Shown: in pieces, positions 55,320-64,000 of the stretch
Layout: the number at the start of each line of letters is the position of its first letter
Numbering within the stretch: position 1 is the stretch's first letter
From: an uncultured Dehalococcoidia bacterium
Lineage (GTDB): Bacteria; Chloroflexota; Dehalococcoidia; UBA6926
NCBI GenBank assembly: GCA_964405845.1
Contig: CAYOPL010000012.1
Location: 95,583-159,582 of the forward strand
DNA length: 64,000 nt
Direction: 5' to 3'
Notes under the pieces: generated by a model
The model's input: only the letters and a program-made list of their open reading frames with translations
Databases searched by the model: none
What the model was told of the DNA's origin: nothing
Translations under genes and position numbers: made by a program

Positions 55320-56225
55320 TTAAGAGGAAGACCGGCCCGAACCCCCAAGCGCCTCCTCAAGGATCGTCCGCGCCTGCTCCGAAACGTCAGACCTCTTTAA
55401 CGCGAATGAAGCCGCCGCCCGCAGATGACCCAAGGGATTCCCCGCGTCATACCGCACACCGTCAAAGGTGAATGCGAACGTCGGCGTCCCCTCTCGGCGC
55501 AGAATCTCCATCGCGTCCGTAATCTGGATCTCATCCTTCGCGCCGGGCGGCGTCCGTCGTATCGCGTCAAATATCGCGCCGGGAAAGATATACCGCCCAA
55601 CAATCCCGAGATCGGAGGGCGCGTCGACAGGTTCCGGCTTCTCAACCAGACCCGTCACCCGATGAACGCGCTGGTCATCCCCGCCCGCCGGTTCAACCGC
55701 CACGACACCGTACGCCGAGATAGCGTCCCCCGGCACACGTTCAACTCCCACGTGAATACCGGGATGTTGGCGATATGCGGCCAGCATCTGCGCCAACACC
55801 GGCGTCTCCGCGTCCACAATATCGTCAGGCAAAATCACGGCGAACGGCTCATCGGCCACCGTATCCGCTGCCTGCAGGATCGCGTGACCCAGGCCGAGCG
55901 GCTCGTTCTGATGAACGATCGTCACCGATAACGAATCCATCAACCGCTGAACGTCCGCCGCGCTCGCGTGCTCCCCCAACGCCCGTGCCAGCGCCGGACC
56001 CCGCAGCGTCACATAGTTCTCCATCACCGCCTTGCCGGGTGCGCTGATCAGCACAATCTCCGTAAGCCCGGAGTTCGCCGCCTCCTCTAGCGCATAGAAC
56101 AGCATCGGACGGTCGAAGATCGGCAAAATCTCCTTCGGGATGGCAAGGGTCGCCGGCAGAAAGCGGGTTCCGCGCCCCCCCGCCACAATCACCGCCTTGC
56201 TGATTCCGTCTTGTCGTTCGCTCAC
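55320..56225 (-). CDS. galU: UTP--glucose-1-phosphate uridylyltransferase (GalU).
   Basis: AVIVAGGRGTRFLPATLAIPKEILPIFDRPMLFYALEEA. Confidence 0.85.
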   Translation of the reverse strand: MSERQDGISKAVIVAGGRGTRFLPATLAIPKEILPIFDRPMLFYALEEAANSGLTEIVLISAPGKAVMENYVTLRGPALARALGEHASAADVQRLMDSLSVTIVHQNEPLGLGHAILQAADTVADEPFAVILPDDIVDAETPVLAQMLAAYRQHPGIHVGVERVPGDAISAYGVVAVEPAGGDDQRVHRVTGLVEKPEPVDAPSDLGIVGRYIFPGAIFDAIRRTPPGAKDEIQITDAMEILRREGTPTFAFTFDGVRYDAGNPLGHLRAAASFALKRSDVSEQARTILEEALGGSGRSSS

Positions 56226-56237
56226 TCAATCTGCCTC

Positions 56238-56320
56238 CGTCATTCCCGCGAAAGCGGGAATCCAGTGCGGCGCGCAGCGCCGCCTCCCCCGTTCACCCTG
56301 AGCCTGTCGAAGGGTCACCC
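56238..56320. repeat. REP-like repeat (B plus A modules).
   Basis: cgtcattcccgcgaaagcgggaatccagtgcggcgcgcagcgccgcctcccccgttcaccctgagcctgtcgaagggtcaccc. Confidence 0.8.
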
Positions 56321-56500
56321 CCGTTCGCACATAAAAACAAGGGGGCTCAGCCGAAGCCGAGCCCCCTTCTCCCAGTCGCCAAGGTCAACGCTATGGCGCC
56401 TGGCGCTGGGTTAGCCTTTGCTCACCTCGTCCGTTGAAATAAGCTCTGGCTGTCTAGGTAAAGACATGCGCCAAACCACCTCCTTCCTTCTCAAGATGAC

Positions 56501-57856
56501 CTAAGTATATATCACGTCTTTCTTGCCGGTCAGACGCAAGATACCGTACCCGAATACGGCCGCCGCGATGGACGCCACGAATATTCCCATCTTTGCCTGA
56601 TCAACAAGGGCCGGATCGTCAAACGCGATGCCTGAAATGAAGATCGCCACCGTGAATCCGATGCCCGCCAAAAACCCCACTCCCAGAACATGCATCTTCG
56701 TCACCCCCGCAGGCAGCTGACCGACGCCAAAGCGAATGGCAAGCCACGTAATTCCGAAGATGCCTAGTGCCTTCCCCGCAAGCAGCCCCGCCGCGATGCC
56801 GATTGTAATGCTGCTCCCGGCAGCATCGGACAACGTGTCGCCCGTAATCGTGATCCCCGCATTCGCCAGCGCGAACAGCGGCAGAATAGCGAGGCTCACC
56901 CATGGATGAATCATGTGCTCCAGGCTCTCCAGCGGCGACTCTGTACTCCGGCTGAGCTTCTCGATTTCTTCAAGGATGATTTCCGCGTGCTCCTCGTCCC
57001 CATTTGATATCGCAAGGCGATAGTCGTGCAGAAGATCGTCTAGCGCAGCGGCGTAGCCATCGCGGCCCCGCGCCGATGACGCAGGAACAACCGCTGCAAG
57101 AAGCACACCTGCGAGAGTCGCATGCACTCCGGATTCGAGGAAGAAGTACCACATAAGGAGGCCCGCGACGATGTAGAAGACCATGGAACGGATCCCGAGG
57201 CGGACGCTCACTGCCACCGCCGCGAGAATAGCCAGCGAAATCCCGAGACTCGACCACGCGATTGTGTCCGTATAGAAGAGGGCAATGACAGTGATTGCGC
57301 CTAGATCGTCCACCACCGCCAACCCCAGCAAAAATACCCGCAGCTCCACCGGGATTCGTCGCCCCAATAGCGCCAGCACACCGATCGCGAACGCAATGTC
57401 CGTCGCCATGGGTATGCCCCAGCCAACCGCAGCCTCGCCGGAACTGTTGAACACCAGATAGGTGAGCGCCGGCACGACCATCCCGCCAACCGCCGCCAGA
57501 ACCGGCAGCGACGCCTTCCTGACGCTGGACAACTCCCCGTGCAGCAGCTCCCGCTTGATCTCCAGTCCCACCACGAAGAAAAAGACGGCCATCAGCCCAT
57601 CGTTGACCAGGTGCCCCAGATCTTCGTGGATCGAGATGATAGGCGTCTCGAACGTGATATAGGTATGCCAGAAGTCGAAATACGATTCCGACCACGGTGA
57701 GTTGGCCCATATAACGGCCGCGGCCGCCGCCGCCAACAGAATGAGCGCCCCGACCTCTTCCGTGTGGATAAAGCTCTGCACGTGCTCGCGCAGCCCGCTG
57801 ACGCGATACGGCAGATTGGTCGCCGATTCGGGAGCCTCGCCTTGCTTGTCGTTCAC
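56501..57856 (-). CDS. nhaA: Na+/H+ antiporter NhaA.
   Basis: The NhaA N-terminal pattern FIHTEEVGALILLAAAAAAVIWANSPW is present, with 11-12 TM. The start is a GTG estimate; the track ORF extends to 57958. Confidence 0.8.
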   Translation of the reverse strand: MNDKQGEAPESATNLPYRVSGLREHVQSFIHTEEVGALILLAAAAAAVIWANSPWSESYFDFWHTYITFETPIISIHEDLGHLVNDGLMAVFFFVVGLEIKRELLHGELSSVRKASLPVLAAVGGMVVPALTYLVFNSSGEAAVGWGIPMATDIAFAIGVLALLGRRIPVELRVFLLGLAVVDDLGAITVIALFYTDTIAWSSLGISLAILAAVAVSVRLGIRSMVFYIVAGLLMWYFFLESGVHATLAGVLLAAVVPASSARGRDGYAAALDDLLHDYRLAISNGDEEHAEIILEEIEKLSRSTESPLESLEHMIHPWVSLAILPLFALANAGITITGDTLSDAAGSSITIGIAAGLLAGKALGIFGITWLAIRFGVGQLPAGVTKMHVLGVGFLAGIGFTVAIFISGIAFDDPALVDQAKMGIFVASIAAAVFGYGILRLTGKKDVIYT

Positions 57857-57913
57857 CTGTCCCCGCCGCTTGGGTCTGGATTTCTGATGCCCTACTATAG
57901 TGCCACTTGAAGA

Positions 57914-58369
57914 GTGAACGCTGAGAACAGGCTCAACACAATAGTGAACTCCAATCAAATCGACGATTCCCCCCGCGCCCGCTGCATTGCGTCAGTCCTG
58001 ATCAGGGACGACAAGGTCCTCCTCGTCAAGAGGCTCCCGCATCGCCGCGTCTACCCCGACCTCTGGGACCTGCCCGGAGGCCACATCGAAGACGACGAGA
58101 CACCGGAAGAAGCCCTGCGTCGTGAAGCCCGCGAGGAACTCGGCATCGACCCCGCTGAATACCGAAACCTGGGAACTGCTCTCGATCCCGTCGAGCCGGC
58201 CGACATTATCGTATTTGCTGTCACCGCGTGGCACGGAGAACCCACCAACGCTGCCCCCGAAGAACACAGCGAAATCGGCTGGTTTAAGGAGCGCGACCTG
58301 CCTGTATCCGCCGCCCTAGACTGCTACCGCAAAGAAGTCATCGAAGAAATGACCGCCGCCCGCAAATAG
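57914..58369 (+). CDS. NUDIX hydrolase.
   Basis: The Nudix box GGHIEDDETPEEALRREAREELGI is present. Confidence 0.85.
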   Translation: MNAENRLNTIVNSNQIDDSPRARCIASVLIRDDKVLLVKRLPHRRVYPDLWDLPGGHIEDDETPEEALRREAREELGIDPAEYRNLGTALDPVEPADIIVFAVTAWHGEPTNAAPEEHSEIGWFKERDLPVSAALDCYRKEVIEEMTAARK

Positions 58370-58373
58370 CCAT

Positions 58374-58455
58374 TCGTCATTCCCGCGAAAGCGGAAATCC
58401 AGTGCGGCGCGCAGCGCCGCCCTCGTTCACCCTGAGCTTGTCGAAGGGTGACCCC
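58374..58455. repeat. REP-like repeat (B plus A modules). It supplies the C-terminal codons and stop of the oxidoreductase gene on the minus strand.
   Basis: cgtcattcccgcgaaagcggaaatccagtgcggcgcgcagcgccgccctcgttcaccctgagcttgtcgaagggtgacccc. Confidence 0.8.
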
Positions 58456-59806
58456 CCAACATCTCCGCCACCTCCGTCCCCGCCCTGTGCCCACTCGAAA
58501 GCGCCCCGTTCACCGACGGCACGCTCATGTAGTCCCCTGCCAAAAACAGGTTATCGACGCGCCCCGCCAACTGCCCCGGGATCTCCGCCACCGCCGCCAG
58601 CATCCCCGGCGTCCCCATGCACAGCGCCTCCTCCCAGCGGTACACGCGGAAGAACAGACCCTCGTCGTCGCCGGGCAGGGCGGAGCCCTGCGGCGCTTTC
58701 GACCGAGCCGCGCCCAGCATCTGCCGCTTGATCTCATCGTCGTCGAGTGGAATCAACTCCTTCGCCTTATCCCGCCCGATGAGCAAGTCCAAAATACTCT
58801 TACCGACAGGCGCGCAGGCGGGTAGGAATGCGGTCCGATTCATCAGAAGCGGCGTGTCGTCATCCTCAGGGAACAGCGCTCCATGCCACCCGGCAGGCAG
58901 CGGCGACTCATCGAGCCCGATAACCACCCGGCACCCCGTCGAATAGCTGACGTTGCTGAGTGCCCGGTGCGTCTCCGTCGGCAGGTCGGGAATCAGACCC
59001 GAGACTTTCGTCCCCGGCACCGCGCAGATGACCGCGTCTGCCTCGATTGTCTCCCCGTCCACCACAACGCCCGTCGCCCTCCCGTCCGCCACAACGACCC
59101 TCTCCACGCGAGTCGATACCTGAATTGCATCAGTACAGAATTCGCCAAGCGCCGCGCTCAGCGACCCTATCCCCCGCTCCGGCATATACACTCTGCCAGC
59201 GCTTAACATCGTCTCCCCGATGTACGCCCGCATCAGAGCCTGCCCCGCGGGCAGCGGATCGCCTAGCACCATCTCCAACGGCCCGCGCAGTGATATCGCC
59301 AGCTTGTCCGGCACCCGCAGCCGCTCAAGATACTCGCCGAAACTCTCGTCGTCGTCGATCTCGGCGATAGGACTGTCGCTGGCGAAACTCATGTAATCCG
59401 CCTGCTGCCGGATCTCCCGCATCACCTTGTAACCGGCACGCATGCCTGAAGGTGAAAGAAAACCCATCGCCACTGCCGTCCGCAGATGCCTCAGAAAGTT
59501 CCAGAGCGACTGGTCCGGCGTCGTCGTAACCCACCGCCCGCCGCGATAGTGCCCGAACTTCATCTGCGAAGGCACGAGCGGCAGACCCAACTCTTCGCAG
59601 ATACGGAACGCCGTGTCATATGTGGACGTGAACACAAACGCCCCCATATCCACGGAGAACCTGTCCACCCGCTCCCCGCTGCCGCGTCCCCCCACGTGGT
59701 CCTCGGCCTCAAGCAGCAGGGGAGTGATTCCCCGCTTCATCAGCGTGTACCCCGCGCTCAGCCCCGCAAACCCTCCGCCAACAATCACAACCCGCTTACT
59801 GCTCAT
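58427..59806 (-). CDS. FAD-dependent oxidoreductase of the protoporphyrinogen oxidase / phytoene desaturase (amine-oxidase fold) family.
   Basis: MSSKRVVIVGGGFAGLSAGYTLMKRGITPLLLEAEDHVGGR is the dinucleotide-binding motif. The start was refined to the ATG at 59806; the track ORF extends to 60241. The last 8 codons and the stop lie in the REP-like repeat. Confidence 0.75.
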   Translation of the reverse strand: MSSKRVVIVGGGFAGLSAGYTLMKRGITPLLLEAEDHVGGRGSGERVDRFSVDMGAFVFTSTYDTAFRICEELGLPLVPSQMKFGHYRGGRWVTTTPDQSLWNFLRHLRTAVAMGFLSPSGMRAGYKVMREIRQQADYMSFASDSPIAEIDDDESFGEYLERLRVPDKLAISLRGPLEMVLGDPLPAGQALMRAYIGETMLSAGRVYMPERGIGSLSAALGEFCTDAIQVSTRVERVVVADGRATGVVVDGETIEADAVICAVPGTKVSGLIPDLPTETHRALSNVSYSTGCRVVIGLDESPLPAGWHGALFPEDDDTPLLMNRTAFLPACAPVGKSILDLLIGRDKAKELIPLDDDEIKRQMLGAARSKAPQGSALPGDDEGLFFRVYRWEEALCMGTPGMLAAVAEIPGQLAGRVDNLFLAGDYMSVPSVNGALSSGHRAGTEVAEMLGGHPSTSSG

Positions 59807-59894
59807 TCGCGCCGTTCCTTTCCAACCGATAGTAGTATGTAGGGCGGTTGCCGTCGAAATCCCTAAACAGTGCAACCCGAGAAGGAAGGTAGCC

Positions 59895-61607
59895 ATGGTG
59901 AGTGTGCTGGTGGCGATAGCCGCCCTCGCCACTGTCGGCATCCTGTTCGCGCTTGACCCGGGCGGGGCAATCGCTGAAAGCGGCTTCCCCGATTTCCGGG
60001 AGATGGACTGGACGCAGCTCGCGTTCTGGGGCTTCCGCACCATAGGCGTAGCTGTAGCCCAGCTGATCGTCATCGTGCTGTGGCTGTGGCCCGGGTACCG
60101 GCCTCCGGCGGCGGGCGCATCGTACCTGGGAACTCCGCGGCCCGACTCAATGCCCGCGGCGGCGGTATCTGCGATGGAAGGCCACATGATATGGAGTCCA
60201 ACGATTCTGGCCTCCATCATTGAGATGGCCCAGCGTGGCACATTGCGAATAGAGCCTGTCGCAACAAGGGTCGGCTTCCTCTACCGCCTGTCTCGGCAAG
60301 GCCTGGTGGAATATGACTGGGAGCGAGCGATATCCGACAGCCTGCCGTCGCGCCCCACAACGATTGATGCGCTTAGTGAAGCAATAGACGAGCATAAGGA
60401 TGCTATCGGCGACCGGATAGGGGCCTACCTACAGCAGCGCGGCCTTTTCGATGACAATCCGGTGCGAGTCAGGAGAGAGAACTCCGACGACGGAAGCACG
60501 TGGTGGATGCTGGCCTCGCTCCTGACGGGTGTTGGCAGCGGGTTCTGGGCTGCCCTATGGCTGGACCGGTGGTGGGTGAATGTCCTTATCGGCGTGTTCG
60601 CGGGTCTCGTGTACTCGTTTTTCACAATACCGTCGAAGATAAGGACAGGCATGCTGAAGCCAACACCGGCCGGGGCAATCGAGATCGGTCGGTGGCTTGC
60701 CTGGAAAGAGACCGTGACCGCAACGGGATCGGCGATCTCCCGAGACCAGTCGGATCCCATGCTGCCCCACGCCGTCGCATTCAACACGGCCCAGTCGTGG
60801 CTCAACGTCTTGGCTCCGGCTCCCCCGTGGTTCGGGTCAGCCGCCGCATCCACTATGGCGCCCGCCGATTTGGATGCCGCTTACCGCGCCTTCATCCACG
60901 CGCCGGAGTGGTATCTGACCGGGCGAGACGACGATGCGGGGAAAGCGGCTGCCCAATACGGCTATGAGCTGGAACTCGAGGCCCTCGGGCCCCTGCCGCT
61001 GGATTTCGAGGAGGCTGCTGAAAGCGGAACCCAGGCCGAATTTGAAAACATTGCCCGTGAGATGGAGCCGCAGGACACCCCTCCGGCAGCTACGCTGGAA
61101 ACGCCATCAACCGAATATCGGGTATACAGCTCGGAGGGGGCTGCTGAAGAGAAGAAGCGCAGCGGCTGCCTCCGCGGGTGCCTCATGTGGATAATGGGCC
61201 TGCTGATTCTTGGGGTGCTGGCCCTGGGGGTTCTGTTCAGCCTCGATGTGGTCTCGCCCCGTGAAAAACCGTGTCCTCTGGACTCTCCCCCCATCCTCAC
61301 GCCTGCGCAGATCGTAACGCTCAGTGACTTGGTCAGGGATGAATGTGTGCGGGTCGGAGGCACGATTGTGCTCAAGGGTGTCGGGGAGTTGGTGATTGAA
61401 ATGGATCGGGGCGAGTTCGTCCAGCATGTTACCGTCCTCGATCCGTCGGACGATCTCGTAGCAATCCCTCAAGGCCGCGCGATAACCCTGGCCGGATGGC
61501 TCAGAGTGGAGGAGGACGGAACGTACGTAGTCCACTTCGTACCGGACCGGGGAGCGGACCGGGAGTGGTGGCGGAACCTCCGGGACAACCTCGAAGCGTT
61601 GTTCTAG
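59895..61607 (+). CDS. Hypothetical membrane protein (N-terminal TM plus 2-3 internal TM segments, Trp-rich).
   Basis: The start was refined to the ATG at 59895, which has a GAAGGAAGG SD. The sequence MVSVLVAIAALATVGILFAL... matches no known catalytic motif. Confidence 0.5.
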   Translation: MVSVLVAIAALATVGILFALDPGGAIAESGFPDFREMDWTQLAFWGFRTIGVAVAQLIVIVLWLWPGYRPPAAGASYLGTPRPDSMPAAAVSAMEGHMIWSPTILASIIEMAQRGTLRIEPVATRVGFLYRLSRQGLVEYDWERAISDSLPSRPTTIDALSEAIDEHKDAIGDRIGAYLQQRGLFDDNPVRVRRENSDDGSTWWMLASLLTGVGSGFWAALWLDRWWVNVLIGVFAGLVYSFFTIPSKIRTGMLKPTPAGAIEIGRWLAWKETVTATGSAISRDQSDPMLPHAVAFNTAQSWLNVLAPAPPWFGSAAASTMAPADLDAAYRAFIHAPEWYLTGRDDDAGKAAAQYGYELELEALGPLPLDFEEAAESGTQAEFENIAREMEPQDTPPAATLETPSTEYRVYSSEGAAEEKKRSGCLRGCLMWIMGLLILGVLALGVLFSLDVVSPREKPCPLDSPPILTPAQIVTLSDLVRDECVRVGGTIVLKGVGELVIEMDRGEFVQHVTVLDPSDDLVAIPQGRAITLAGWLRVEEDGTYVVHFVPDRGADREWWRNLRDNLEALF

Positions 61608-61611
61608 GCCC

Positions 61612-62199
61612 CTAATACTCCAGCTGCGCCTCCCAGTCGTCCACGCCGTCTGCCAACAGGTCGAACAGGTGCCACACGCCGCAGTACAGGTCCCCCGGAC
61701 CAAAGAAATCCTTCGCGATCCGGTCGATCGTCCCGTCGGCGTTCTTGCGAAAAGTAGACACCCCCGGCATCGCGTTGGAATTGTATGAGACCCCGTCCGA
61801 CTCGAACCCCATGTCCTTGATGAACGACGTGCCCTCCGCCGAGTACATCTCGAACGCCCACCCCCGCGTCTTACGCACCGCCTGCTGGACGTCCACGCTG
61901 TTCGGCGACACCACCACGAATGCCGTCCGGTCCTGTAGATGCCGTAGGACGCCGTTGAACTCGTCGGCCCACATCGTGCAGTACGGGCACTCCGATCCCA
62001 TGTTGTGGATCAGGATAAGGTCCTGCTTGTCGCCGAACATCTCGGACAGACTCATGACGCCCTCGCGACCCTGCAGCTCGTAGTCCTCGACCCGCTCCGG
62101 CCCGATCCGCCGGCTCACCTCGACCAACTTCCGCTTGGCCTCTTCCAGGTTCGCCCACGCCTCCGCGTACTCTGCTTGCAAGTCCTGTGAAGTGGTCAT
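61612..62199 (-). CDS. DUF899-like thioredoxin-fold protein.
   Basis: LILIHNMGSECPYCTMWADEFNG shows the CxxC motif in a Trx-like context. The start was refined to the second ATG, which follows a GGAGGGGG SD. Confidence 0.55.
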   Translation of the reverse strand: MTTSQDLQAEYAEAWANLEEAKRKLVEVSRRIGPERVEDYELQGREGVMSLSEMFGDKQDLILIHNMGSECPYCTMWADEFNGVLRHLQDRTAFVVVSPNSVDVQQAVRKTRGWAFEMYSAEGTSFIKDMGFESDGVSYNSNAMPGVSTFRKNADGTIDRIAKDFFGPGDLYCGVWHLFDLLADGVDDWEAQLEY

Positions 62200-62217
62200 T
62201 GAATGTCCCCCTCCGTA

Positions 62218-62310
62218 TGTCATTCTGAGCGCAGCGAAGAATCTACAGACTCAATTATGCCGCCCAACCCCCACCGTCATTCCCGCCAAAGCCGGAACGC
62301 GGCGCGCCAA
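62218..62310. repeat. REP-like repeat (C plus D plus B-variant).
   Basis: gtcattctgagcgcagcgaagaatctacagactcaattatgccgccc...ccgtcattcccgccaaagccggaacgcggcgcgcc. Confidence 0.75.
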
Positions 62311-62459
62311 CCACAAGTACCAGCCAACCCTGACCGCGAAGTATGGCCGTAGGCACTGCCTACCCGCTTGCAATTCCACAACTTTGGAGTAGGATGCAGG
62401 TGCGAGGCGTTGAACCCGGATGGCTCCTTTCCATCACAACACATAAAGGAGGCTTGAGG

Positions 62460-63140
62460 ATGGGTACAATTTCCGTGAACCGCTTGGCCGGTCTCTCCCT
62501 CATATTCGGCCCGATAATCGCCTTCATCTTCTTTCTCATAGAGCCGGGTGGGCTATTAATAGACAGCGCCGAAGTATCAGACCCTGTTGGCTCCATAACT
62601 GCCAAGGGAGACAACGAGGCCCTGACAAATGTAACCAACATCGGGATAATCCTTGGCTTGCTGCTGATCCTCTCGGGCCTCTATGCGCTAATGAGAAACG
62701 TAACCCTGCAGGGCAACGGCAAGGCCCTTGTTCAGATGGGCTTCTTCATGATCTTCGTCGGACTGACCGGATGGATTCTATCTGGCGGCTTGGACTTCAT
62801 ACTGGCCGATGCCCAAACCGCTGACCAGATCAGCGAAAGTATTCCCGTCTACTACGTCGGCTCCGCTCTCGTCTACGCCGGTGGGATTGTGCTTGGCTTT
62901 GGCGGCTTCATTTTCGCGTTGGGCCTCTCTACGAGAGACGACTTCAACCGGATAATCTCCCTGTTGGCCACCCTTGTCAGCCTGGCCGTAATGGTCTTCT
63001 TCGTGGTAGCCGTAATTGACAACGATAGCCGCGACACCTTTATCGCCCTGGCTCGGAGCTCCTACGTCCTACTCGTTATCTGGTACGCATATCTCGGCTT
63101 CGGACTCATGAACCGACCCGATCCTGACCTCTGGCAATAA
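62460..63140 (+). CDS. Hypothetical multi-TM membrane protein.
   Basis: The ATG at 62460 is preceded by an AAGGAGG SD. The protein has about 6 TM helices. Confidence 0.5.
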   Translation: MGTISVNRLAGLSLIFGPIIAFIFFLIEPGGLLIDSAEVSDPVGSITAKGDNEALTNVTNIGIILGLLLILSGLYALMRNVTLQGNGKALVQMGFFMIFVGLTGWILSGGLDFILADAQTADQISESIPVYYVGSALVYAGGIVLGFGGFIFALGLSTRDDFNRIISLLATLVSLAVMVFFVVAVIDNDSRDTFIALARSSYVLLVIWYAYLGFGLMNRPDPDLWQ

Positions 63141-63161
63141 CAAACTCTAGGACGTACCACC

Positions 63162-63250
63162 CGTCATTCCCGCGAAAGCATGCCCCGTACTCCGATACGG
63201 GGCGGGAATCCAGTGCCGCCCACAGGGCGGCCTCCCCTGTCCCGCCTCCC
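63162..63250. repeat. REP-like module B carrying a nested extra hairpin (gccccgtactccgatacggggc) inserted into its loop.
   Basis: ccgtcattcccgcgaaagca[tgccccgtactccgatacggggc]gggaatccagtgccgcccacagggcggcctcccc. Confidence 0.7.
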
Positions 63251-63251
63251 C

Positions 63252-64000
63252 TTAGAAGCGCGTATTGAACAGAAACGGCATCTCCCCCTCAAATCCAGAG
63301 AACGTTCCACTCTGAATTGCATTGCTGAGATACGCCGCAAGGTCCTCGACAACCAACGATTTCCCCTTGCCGCGGCGATAGTTACTGCCGTCTTTGTGCA
63401 AATCCATCCCAATCCGGCTGGCGTCGCCCGATTGTCCGGAGCTCGGCCGGATGCTGCCACAGCGGAACACGCTCCACCGTCCGTACCCCGAGGTCAGAAG
63501 GAGCATCGCCTCGTCGTGATTGTCGCGCAGCGCCGCGCTCATCCTGTTGGCCAGCTTCGCCATTGCCTTCTGGACAAAGCTGATGTTGCCGTCATAGCCC
63601 GTAAAATACTCCGGCCCACAAAAGGCAACAATGTGTGGTTTCCTTCCGTCCTGGGAAGCAATCTCCACAATCCCTCTCGTCAACGATGAAACGACATTGC
63701 CCCATTCGCGATTGATTCGGGACCAGGGCACAAAGGAGACAGGCTTGGAGGCGACGTTGAAGATGTAGTCGCAAGCCATCATCTCTTGCGCCACAGATGG
63801 GTCGGCGACGGCCTTTTCAGCAAACAGGTCCAGTTCGACGACGGACAATCCTGAGGGATTGTCCATTCCCTGCGCGCTGAGCATTCGTCGGAACTTGTCG
63901 GTGTCGCGCACCACGGCGAGCGCCCTGCAACCGGCTTGTAACACGTGAAGGGTCACCTCGAAGCCGATAGAGCCGGTCGCCCCCAGAATGCAGACCTTTG
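63252..64000 (-). CDS. NmrA-like / atypical SDR NAD(P)-binding protein. It is partial; the N-terminus extends just beyond the window end.
   Basis: Reverse translation at the window edge gives KVCILGATGSIGFEVTLHVLQAG, the GATGxIG Rossmann motif. Confidence 0.7.
   Translation of the reverse strand, partial: KVCILGATGSIGFEVTLHVLQAGCRALAVVRDTDKFRRMLSAQGMDNPSGLSVVELDLFAEKAVADPSVAQEMMACDYIFNVASKPVSFVPWSRINREWGNVVSSLTRGIVEIASQDGRKPHIVAFCGPEYFTGYDGNISFVQKAMAKLANRMSAALRDNHDEAMLLLTSGYGRWSVFRCGSIRPSSGQSGDASRIGMDLHKDGSNYRRGKGKSLVVEDLAAYLSNAIQSGTFSGFEGEMPFLFNTRF

Noticed and set aside
58376-58731. A + strand ORF MRRAAPPSFTLSLSKGDPPTSPPPP..., and similar ORFs elsewhere.
   Set aside because: It is the translation of REP-like repeat modules and GC-rich antisense of the oxidoreductase gene, not a real gene.
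7297-63250. A CRISPR array was considered because of the many short conserved repeats.
   Set aside because: The repeats are dispersed at gene ends and are not in a regularly spaced array with unique spacers. No cas genes are present.

Overview
This window is a GC-rich (about 62%) bacterial chromosomal segment. A family of hairpin-forming intergenic repeats and the gene content make me suspect a Chloroflexota-like organism, but that placement is tentative. In order, the window holds: the 5' part of a large modular type I PKS gene (KS-AT-DH-cMT-KR, minus strand, running off the left edge); a SulP/STAS anion transporter; a MetE-like methyltransferase whose reading frame is interrupted by a single in-frame TGA that aligns with the conserved Zn-ligand Cys, making it a candidate selenoprotein; a MarR regulator; and a SAM-dependent methyltransferase. 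Next comes a co-directional array of four secreted or membrane proteins of unknown function (Cys-rich, coiled-coil, triple-repeat lipoprotein, FN3-type adhesin), separated by five copies of a regulatory cassette with three direct GTAAC(T)ATTC repeats. The fifth cassette sits in the promoter of an adjacent GAF-PAS-HK-REC-OmpR 'all-in-one' two-component protein. After that come tRNA-Arg(CCG), a CPA2 antiporter, YraN, two FmdB zinc-ribbon paralogues, a cytoplasmic trypsin-like protease, GlyRS, an SbcD(Mre11)-GNAT fusion, MoaD-MoaE, and a caa3-type cytochrome oxidase operon (CoxII-I-III-IV, CtaG, CtaA-CtaB fusion). A complete System I cytochrome c maturation operon (CcmEFH..ABCD) with two extra unknown membrane proteins follows, then rpsP-KH-rimM, yebC-ruvC-(acyl-CoA DH)-ruvA, a PIN protein, uvrB, Mrp/ApbC, ftsK, galU, nhaA, Nudix, an FAD oxidoreductase and several hypothetical proteins. 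At least 14 loci carry modular REP-like palindromic repeats (tcaccctgagcctgtcgaagggtga / gtcattcccgcgaaagcgggaatcc / gtcattctgagcgcagcgaagaatct), several of which supply the stop codon of the upstream gene. The ORF track omits edge-truncated ORFs and marks alternative starts (GTG/TTG) as M. Most long antisense ORFs are GC-rich artefacts.
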